From Nemertoderma westbladi (Eukaryota; Animalia; Xenacoelomorpha), in NCBI GenBank assembly GCA_032718475.1, contig JAUCBJ010007327.1, positions 1 through 48,536 of the forward strand: a stretch of 48,536 nucleotides of DNA, read 5' to 3'. The first letter of the stretch is position 1; every line of letters begins with the position of its first letter. Below are positions 39,705-48,536 of the stretch, in pieces. A program made the translations under genes and the position numbers. The notes under the pieces were generated by a model. It worked only from the letters and a program-made list of their open reading frames with translations, had not been told where the DNA came from and made no database searches.

Positions 39705-40043
39705 TCGGAATAACTGAGTTTCCAGTCGCCCTAAGGAGTTAAAGAATCCCTAGACATACCCAGCTGCCGACCTCTTCCATATCGCAGGATCTCGGGTATC
39801 TCTAACCACGCCCAGCTGATATAGATCTTCCCAGGAAACTTCCGAAAAGTTGAAAGGTATTCCGGGACTGGGAAAGTTCCATTGAGTTTCCACAATGGGC
39901 TCTAATTCTCCGCGCGAGTACCTGGTGTAACTCTCCCTTGTTGATCTCTTATTCTGTGTCCAATCTGCCAAGTGTTCTTCTACGGCTGGAAGAACTTGAG
40001 TGAGCATTGCTCCAGGAAGAGAGAAGAGTGGGTTGGAGTAGAC
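39705..40043 (-). pseudogene. Fragment paralogous to the 598-aa orphan ORF
   Basis: VYSNPLFSLPGAMLTQVL...WKRSAAGYV*GFFNSLGRLETQLFR aligns without gaps to VYSDPLLILPAAILTRVL...WKRSAAGYVQGFFSSMERLEEQLFR. Confidence 0.9.
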
Positions 40044-40700
40044 TTATCTACATCTTATCTTATCCATATCTACAAAGGCTTAGTAGAAATCGATGAGGTT
40101 GCCAACTTGTTGGTTTAGTTTGTAATCTATTACCGCCTCGGCTGAATAACTCTTCCCAATGCATTCTAGGGGAATATCCAAGTTAACTGTAAATTTTTCA
40201 ATAATACAACATGATTTTTTTAATGTAAGGAGTTATAAACGAACATAATAGATCTCTCAGTGCATATCAGTCTGCATCCACAATGCCAACAAGTGTGCTT
40301 TGAAAGGGGGGGGGGGGGGGGGGGGGGGTGGCACATCCCAATTATTAGCTGGCTGACGACAGACCTCTGATTATTTTGATCATCAGTGCCGGTTCTATCA
40401 CAAGCACCCAATACAGTGCTTGTAAACAGGTTTCAAGCATAAGCTCTAAGGATGGAGTGCTTTAGCATATGGATGACTTCTAGTTGAAAGGATTCTGCCC
40501 TTGAAGATGTGGATAATTGTGAGTTGAGTAGTTAATAGTGAATTGTGGAGGTGCAATTTTGTTGACAAGTCAACATAGCATTTTATTAATGACACTTCAT
40601 TGCAGTATACAATATGCAAGTGATTGCATGGTGGTGGTACAATATTTTTGGTTGTGCAAATAGCATCTCTCAATGTGAAGCTGCAATGCAGGTGGCCTAT

Positions 40701-40955
40701 AATAATAATAATAATATCGATAATTTATATAGCGCTTTTATACTCTCAGTGTACTCAAAGCGCTTTTATTATTATTCCTCCAGCAAAGCCATGTTCCTAT
40801 ATACCGCTGGGTTGGCATAGGCACCAATGTCTAAAATGCCTTGCCTAGGGACAGAACTGTGCGAAATTTCCACAGCCTTTAGGGTCGGATTCGAAACTGT
40901 GCCACCAAACACTATTGCGAAAGCAGATCAAGCAATATATCCACTCAGACACTGT
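40701..40955 (-). mobile_element. tRNA-derived SINE with an L2-type 3' tail
   Basis: Minus strand: A-box-like gtgtctgagtgg, B-box-like gtttcgaatcc, core gtccctaggcaaggca..acccagc, tail aaagcgctttgag..aaagcgctatataaat then (ATT)n. Confidence 0.7.
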
Positions 40956-42649
40956 GATGTTATAGATAGACCAAATTTGAGATTCTAACTTGTCTAACCA
41001 AAACGATGAAGATGCTGGAAAACTCAATTTAATAAATGTAGTATGTGATTATGTGTGAGATGGATGAGTTTAACACCACAGGACATTTAACATTGATTAC
41101 AAGTTATATGTTTAGATTGACAATGAACAGGGTATATAGTATAGTGTATGTGCCTTGATACTGTAGCAATTCCTGATTCTTCATTATTGCCTCAGACCAG
41201 AAACGAGGAAAAAGCTAGACCTTCAATATAATGGTCTGTATAGTCTGTACTGTATGTAATTGCTAAATTGTAGATACAGTTAAATACATTTTATTTTTAT
41301 AGGGCTATTATAGTATTATATTATATAAAATAAAAATAAATTTCTACTTTGATTTCTATTTTGTTGTATAAGTAATTCATTACTTTTTAAGCATGGGGGT
41401 AACTATTATGAATTATAATTATTTCTTGCAATAGTTTGTCATCAGTGGGGTTTAATTCGATCTATGGATATTGAATTCAGCAACTCTTAACATACAGAAC
41501 TCTGACTTACATTTAACATTTTTGACACTTGGGTCCAGCTGAATCCTGATTCTCCAAAGCAAAGATGATTTCGGTATATTGTACTTTGTTCTGTCGGAGG
41601 CGTTGTTTGGAATTATGAACTAGAAGTTCTCCATTAATAAATCTGGTAAAACATTGGCTTGCATCAGCAAAGCTGATGTTAATGCTTAACTGATCTGTAA
41701 TCAACTTATTTAAGGCAGTTAGCATTATCAGGGGATTGCATTGTCTGCATTAACCATATTCAAACATCTTAAATAATTGTGCGGAGTAACAAGTCCTTTG
41801 CATCTGGCGCTGATGGTATTAAGGTAACATCGAGACTTGGGTGGTTGCCATGAAATTTTAGCCAAAGTTTATAGTATGTATCATGTTCTGTAGGTTTGTG
41901 ACAGTGCTGGATCCGGTATCACCAAGACTTTGAGGGGACAATATATTCGCAAATATGTGCAAATAATTTCGAACTGAGTTACCTCAAAACGATTGCTTTG
42001 GGAACTGTGAAGCTGGACTGGGCTATGGTTCTGGTTCCCAGGATTGCTCCATCTGGGACACAGCCATCACTTGCTCCCAAAGTTCCTTGTCCGTGTCGAG
42101 AACAAACAAGAAAAGTTAACAAACTGGATGAGATGGAGAAGTTTCAGGAAAAATTCCTCTTTACTTCGGGAAAAGTTCCAGATATGGGTTCCACGATCTG
42201 TCCACAGAATGCTGTTCTGGTGGTTATCTGTATCATAAGAGTGAGAAACGAGCTCTCATGTATGAATTGAACTTGGAAGAGTATATGCCTCATTTATCTG
42301 GGGCAATATCTATTTCACCAGATTTGACAGTGAAATTGGAGAAAAAAACCGCTCCCTAAGTGGTTTGAAACTGCCACTAATAAACAATGCAAACTAACAG
42401 ACTCAACTTTCACTGGAAACCTTTGCTTCACATTGAGCAACATTGAGCATTAATCTATTTTATGAACTGTTAGATAATCAACATTTTGATAAATATGATA
42501 GGCCCCAATATTCTTCTGGTGAAATTCGTTTTGCTCTCAAGTTGCGCTATACTTCCGTGCACTACTACTACTAGGATCGGCATGCTGCATTGCAGCTGCA
42601 TTTTTAAGTATGCTGTGCCGGCTTGTCGGCAAAATTGCGCCGCTACAAC

Positions 42650-43345
42650 TCCCTATCACCCATGACATTTGCTAGATCATCCGCATCTTCAAGGCCAGTG
42701 TCCATTAAGATGCGTCTCAAGAAAGTCATCGGCTGTCCACCATGCTTATTCACGTCATGAGGCTGCCAAAGCACAATATTAATGTACTGGCTGGTCCTCA
42801 CAGCGAAAGCAATGTCCTGCAAAGCAGAGGCAAATTTGTTCTAGTGTGAAGCTTGGGGGAACCAACGAGAAACCTCCAATGTTATATAGTGTCTGGTTGG
42901 AGATGTGTGCATTGTACTTGACACAATGAACCCGGCGTAGCATTCTTGTGAATGTGCCATCCAGAGATTTGGTGTCCTCAGCAGTTAGAGCCCAGCAAGG
43001 ACTCCCATAGAGGAGTACTGGAACTACTGCTGCTCTAAATAATAATTGGACCTAAGTTTCTGATTAATTCTCTGTGACTTCCAAATCCTGGAAAGTCTTT
43101 CCCTTACGTATTCGAAAGGTCTCAACTGACTTATGGATCCTTGATCCCAGGTAACAGAAGACATCCACATGCTCAATCATACCATTCTTTAAGCTTATGA
43201 TCATCTCGACATAGACTTGCTGAGGACTTTCAAGGTTAACTGTCAAAATTTTGGTCTTTTTAAAGTTAAAAAAAAGACCAACACTAGACATAGCCTGTTC
43301 TAATGTGCTGAGGAGCCGTTGGGTTCCCTCTAGTGTTTCTGAGAG
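42650..43345 (-). mobile_element. RTE-clade LINE 3' ORF fragment
   Basis: VGLFFNFKKTK, FCYLGS and PVLLYGSPCWALT on the minus strand. Confidence 0.75.
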
Positions 43346-43597
43346 TCTCTTGAGTCTCTAGTGTTTCTTAATATAGGCGGGGTATAGCTATTAATAACCA
43401 GTAGGGAGGGCCTAGCTATATTATTACAACATGGCTCCAAACGCCACCATAAATATAAGCTAACTTATTTATAACATAATTTATGTCATTTTTACATTTA
43501 TTTATACAGCAACTAATATAATTTGTGCAGTTTCTATCACTTAATGTATATGTACAATCATTTCGTAATGTTACAATTTTGGAATAAAACTACATAC

Positions 43598-43730
43598 ATA
43601 CTTGTTACAAAGTACTTTACAGTGTTCTGATCTTCGTGGCTTTATTTTCACTCACTCACTAACGTTCGTTCGTGTAACAAAGCCACTCGGATCATCACAC
43701 TGTAAAGTGCTAATTTAAACACAAGTATGT
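43598..43730. repeat. ~130-bp imperfect palindrome (tiny MITE-like)
   Basis: atacttgt..actttacagtg..gatc..gtggcttt pairs with aaagccac..gatc..cactgtaaagt..acaagtat. Confidence 0.65.
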
Positions 43731-43762
43731 AAATAGTTATTATTTTAAAAGTATTCAACCTT

Positions 43763-43952
43763 TATATGGCACGTAACACTTTAAGACGAAAAAAGTGGTC
43801 AAAACATAAAGTTTTCAAAAGCATGACATATTTATACATATTTCGAAAGTTCAGAATTTTCTCTTTTTTTAGTGCTAATCAGAGATAAAGCTAATTTACC
43901 TTGATTAATTAATCTTTGACATTTAATTCCTTAAAGTATTACGTGCCATATA
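43763..43952. mobile_element. 190-bp MITE with 23-bp TIRs
   Basis: tatatggcacgtaacactttaag ... cttaaagtattacgtgccatata (22/23 match). Confidence 0.8.
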
Positions 43953-44300
43953 CTGTAAATAATAAATATGTCACCGCTACATTCCCATAGCCTATATTAA
44001 ACCTACGTACAGACAGACTCAAGAAAATTACTTGCCGAATAAAATCTTAGACGTAACGCCGAAGCCAATTATATAAACAAATAATAATTCCAGTCTCCAC
44101 TTCATCTTTAGAAATGTATATATATAAGTTCTTGGAATTTTGATTATAATATAAAAATTCACAATATATGGCTCAATCATATTAATTTTAGAAATTGTTT
44201 GGCAACCACGAAAGTGCTAACTAAACAATACATTAATTCGGTAAGGTGAACAACGAACATTTATGATTGCATGAGTTACAGGCACGGCGGACTCCAACTA

Positions 44301-45710
44301 TTACAGCTCCAACTTGTCACCATTTTCATTAGTCATTAGTTCCAGATCCAGTAGGTCCTCCATTTTGTCGTCACTTAGATCGGATTCATCCTCAGATTGA
44401 GGTGCTGTAATCTGAGACGTTACGGAACCTGGTAGAGGTTCGATAAACGTAACAGGCCCCATACCAGTAACCAATCCCGTAACATCATCTTTACAACCTA
44501 TGGGTATGGAACAATATAATTTATTATGATATAAGGTTATAGTTTGTTAGATACATCCTCAGCTGAGTATACATACACATCATATATATAAATATTTGGG
44601 TTCCCAAATATAGTTATATAATATATATACTAGCCTATTTGACTAGGATGAAATTTAATTTTTAATAATAATAATACAATACTCACGTCTAGCATGAGTG
44701 TAGCTGTGGTGAGCTTCGCAAATACATTTGCTCAACGCCGCCTCAGTGAAACCTTCAACTTTATAATTAACTTTTCCAAGTAGAAGTCCAACTCCTAACT
44801 CTTTTAGAGAAATCTTATTGTTTTGAGAATTTATATCCTTCGATCTAGCGGAAGTCTGTCCTGTGTACAAGCATTTCTTTGCAAATGATCTTGTATATAA
44901 GGTCTGAATTTGCCGAGAAACACAATGCTTTAAATCAGACCCTCCAACTTTCTTAAGTACTCGAACCGTTTTGGGATCATCTATTAAGGATTTCAGTTCC
45001 TCCTTGTTGTCCGCCTTGTTGAATAGCTCAAACTCGACACTACTGTCACCAGTTCCACATGGTGTCCCATTACCAGTCAGCATATCAAGCCGTTTCGCAA
45101 TAGAATCAACGTCCTCTTTAATATTATTAAACTTTGAGGCTTCAGCTTCCTTTAATAACGATTCAGTCTGTTTTGACTTCAGTCTCCTTTTGAGAATATT
45201 CAAGGATGATTCAAAAGGAAATGCACTCCAATTTTCTAATGCCCCATAGCGTACAACATAATCAGCCAAATGTGTCAATATGTGAATATTTAGGGTGTAT
45301 ACATTGGGTGTGTACAGGTTTGAAAGAGCCATATGAAATCTTTTAATCAAAGCTTTGGCATAGTTAATATAGTTTAAATCACTGGCAGAGACCAGATCTT
45401 CAGAAACTAAAATACGAATAGCAACATGGAGTTCCATCAGAATATCATAATATGCTTTTGGAAGATACAATTTCATTAGAGGGCTTGCATATAAAAGAAA
45501 ATTGCGAAATTCGGTAGCTTTAAAGTGTTTCAGCTCATCAAAACCACGAAGTTTACTATTAAAGACCAAAGGCATATGTGCTCCAAATGATTTAAAAAGA
45601 ACATTTAAATGGCATTTGGCTCTTTACTTTATGTTTGAAGGCTTCAGTGTTTGTCTGTTTGGTGTTTCCTTTATTTCCCGTGAGCCCGTCAGGGTCAGCC
45701 CGTGATCGGG
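44301..45710 (-). mobile_element. Internally deleted CACTA/EnSpm-like element; chimeric spliced ORF (45575-44687 + 44497-44301)
   Basis: FKATEFRNFLLY and NIHILTHLADYVVRYGALENWSAFPFES match the animal EnSpm transposase C-terminus; CCC-starting terminus with acggg repeats at 45710; phase-1 GT-AG intron 44686-44498. Confidence 0.75.
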
Positions 45711-45720
45711 TGGTAGTTAG

Positions 45721-48088
45721 ACAAGCGGGTCATTACCGAACACTTTGAAATGGCAGAATGGCTGCGGGGCGGGAAATTCGAATATTTGCCGGTTAAGTAT
45801 AGCAGTGTGCTGTATTACTGTATTATGCCTAGGACTATCTGCTATCTAGCTATCTGCTTGATATCTCTGTATCTGGATACAGGGATATGTCCAGATGTCG
45901 TAAATATTACTGTCAGACTGTAGGCCTACCGATGTTATTGATACAAGTGATATATGGAGTATGGACGATTATTATTGCACATTGTGTAATAGAAATATTA
46001 CTGTCAGACTGTAGGCCTACCGATGTTATTGATACAGTGATATATGGAGTATGGAGGATTATTATTGCACATTGTGTAATATAAGCTTTTCCCGACAATC
46101 GAACTTTAATACCCACCAACGTAATGTTCACAACGCGTATATAGAAGCCAAAGTAGGAAGAAGAAGGTCGGATGGTGCCAATACGAGTACCAGTACCGCT
46201 ACTACAGTTCGTACGCCTATTATCTGCACCATCTGTGGATCGAGTTTTACAAGAAATTCTACGTTATACGCACATGGAAGAACGGTGCACAATATGATAA
46301 ATAAGTTTTCGCGTGGGTGGAAACAAAAGAGCGAATCATCCAAAATCGCTCAAGCTGATCAGGGCTCTTTACGTAATTTAATACATTGTCCTGCGAAAGG
46401 GAGTTGCAACTTCCACTGCAAACGAAGAAATGATCTTATACAGCATTTTGCCGATGAACATGAACGCGAGTTGCTTGAAGAGCAGAAATTAAGTTTTCAG
46501 TCAAAATCGGAGTTTTACACTTGGAAACAAGACTGCAAGAGGAAGAATCGTCTACCCAACAGAGGTACAATTCTAATACCGGGCCCAGAAAGATAGTTAG
46601 CGAGGAAACTATTATGAGATACTTTACCTGCTTTAGAAGTGGAAACTACAAACCGCAAAATACTAAGAAAGAATCGAATGTTCAAGGGTCATGTGAAATT
46701 AATAATTTTTGTCCCGGGGCAATTACTGCACGCTTTCATAATTCAGGTGCGTTATTATTTATTTTTTTAAAACTATTTTATATTCTTAAATTGTTACTTT
46801 TTGATCAGAATATCCCCCAAAATCGGGAGAAAAAGGACCATTTTTTCCCTAGGAAAAAAAGTATCACTTTTCGAAAGTGCATCGAAGTAGAAAAGGTTTG
46901 CACATAATTTGAGCAAAATCCATGCACATACCGGTACTCAAAAGTTATTGCAACTTTAGTGTCTGCAAGAAGTACTCCAAAACGGAACTCAATTTCCAAC
47001 ACAACGTAATTGTATTATGTGCGTGGGGTGAGCAAGTGGGGTGCGTGAGGTCTTTCAAATGCTAGGTCCTTATTTACAAAAACTGTTTTTTTCTTACACT
47101 AACTGACTTTAATAATTGTACTGTATTTGTTTTAGGAGTGTTGATGTTACCTACCAGCCGAACCATGTAGGTCATGATTCTGAATTGTGCCACTTGAAGT
47201 TAACGATGCAAGAAAGAGTTGAAGTTGCAGGTAAACTTGCAGCCGGTATTTCAATGGATGATGTTCTGGACTCAGTACGCTTGGAACTTGATAATTCTAA
47301 CGTTTCACGTTTGCACTTAATAACCAAACAAGACATTAAAAATATTTAATGCGTTGGATAGAAAAATTAGTTTTTAGTAGTATACCAGCCCTTAATATTC
47401 TTTGCAGGAATTAATAAATAATTAACTAAAGACCGTGCAAGCCCTTGTAAGAAGACATTCCGAGTTTCCAATTAATTATAATATAACAATTATTTATTCA
47501 GTTACATTTTTTTGGCGTATTTCATTCAAATATATAGTAAAATGGTATATTAAAATCTTAATTAAAAATAACAAACATATAAAATAACTAAACTAAACTA
47601 CTAAGTATCGGGGGGGGGGGGGGGGGGGGGGGGGGGTGGTTAGGGACCGTGGACCACCTCGTCGAGTCCCTCGTTATTGCTGAACATACAGATTGGTAGT
47701 TAATTAGCAAAATTTATTGAACATCAAGGGGGCCCCAGGGGTTGAGGGCCTCGGTAGGGGAGCCACGGGCCAATAAAGGTTGAGAACCAACCACTGCTCT
47801 AAAATATAAATCGGTTTTATCAACATAGCATCGGCTTGTAAACGATTAACGAGAAGTAGCAAAAAAATCTTAGTCCATCCAAGGGCTTGAACTCGTACAT
47901 TTAATGATAAACTACAAACGGATTGTCCACTAGACCATCAGACATTTAGAAGAATGCTTTGTATATCGAGGGATAACAGTGTATCTGATTTTAAGTGATA
48001 ACAGCTAGCTCGGCTAACCTTACGTATTCAAATTTTCCGCGCTGCAGCCTTTCTGCCATTTCAGAGTGTTCGGTAATGACCCGCTTGT
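45721..48088 (+). mobile_element. Non-autonomous MULE-like DNA transposon (C2H2 fingers + FAR1/WRKY-GCM1-type DNA-binding region, no DDE core seen)
   Basis: ~60-bp TIRs acaagcgggtcattaccgaacac../..gtgttcggtaatgacccgcttgt; 8-bp TSD gtagttag at 45713-45720 and 48089-48096; coding pieces 46051-47349 with C2H2 fingers, CFRSG..CPGAI..HVGH, TKQDIKNI. Confidence 0.85.
45903..46082. repeat. ~91-bp tandem duplication spanning the MULE ORF start
   Basis: ctgtcagactgtaggcctaccgatg at 45910 and 46001. Confidence 0.92.
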
Positions 48089-48536
48089 GTAGTTAGTAGT
48101 TCAGTAGTTGGTTCCATTTCCATAGTGAATAGAGCCACAAGACAGCACAACAGCAAGAAGTTCAGAGGTTTCTGAGTTTAGGCGTAATTACTGAATTAGG
48201 CTAATATGAATAATTAGCAGGGAGTGGCTCCACACTGGAATCCATACAGCCAGACAGCACTACAGGGTGCACCGGATTTATCCAGCGCGCATTGAAAAGC
48301 CTGGCACGCGAATTTGGTGCATTTTGCAAAAACGCGCCAAGCTTGGCACGCTGGCATGCTGCGAGCTACCAAAATGTTCATGTCGGCGTACTTTCGCTTT
48401 GACAAAATCCCTGTGCAGCTGTGCGTACAGCCGTATATCAGCAATCACTACTGGTATATCCCACCCGGCACCACACCCCACCTATCTATCATGTCCGTCC
48501 ACTGTCAGACTGTTACTTAACACTGATGCTAGCGCA

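Noticed and set aside
41500-42330. Possible decayed host exons
   Set aside because: Coding-like composition but multiple stops in all frames and no recognisable motif
47609-47636. Long poly-G tracts (also 30826-30849 and 40306-40329) as functional G4 elements
   Set aside because: Homopolymer length is unreliable, and such tracts commonly sit inside MITEs
47880-47940. tRNA gene on the minus strand
   Set aside because: A- and B-box-like motifs only, with no cloverleaf; at most a SINE-like relic

Overview
AT-rich, repeat-dense eukaryotic (invertebrate-like metazoan) genomic window; species cannot be determined from sequence alone. Host genes: a complete 7-exon alpha-tubulin (- strand, 452 aa, unusually Cys-rich), an intronless AADAC/NCEH1-like esterase (+), and a probable small secreted 6-Cys peptide gene. 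That peptide gene is reconstructed from two phase-compatible exons (28938-29060 + 33315-33473) and its Cys exon is not shown in the ORF track. Unexplained coding sequence includes a tandem pair of glycine-zipper (GX3) microprotein ORFs and a 598-aa orphan ORF with a diverged paralogous fragment about 37 kb away. Mobile DNA dominates the rest: a near-complete RTEX-like LINE inserted into a 37-bp minisatellite, several RTE-clade remnants (one carrying a SECIS/K-turn-like hairpin), a degenerate CR1-like LINE, Tc1, CACTA-like and MULE-like remnants, a 1.9-kb foldback, MITEs and a tRNA-derived SINE. All calls come from manual reading; no database searches or folding programs were run.
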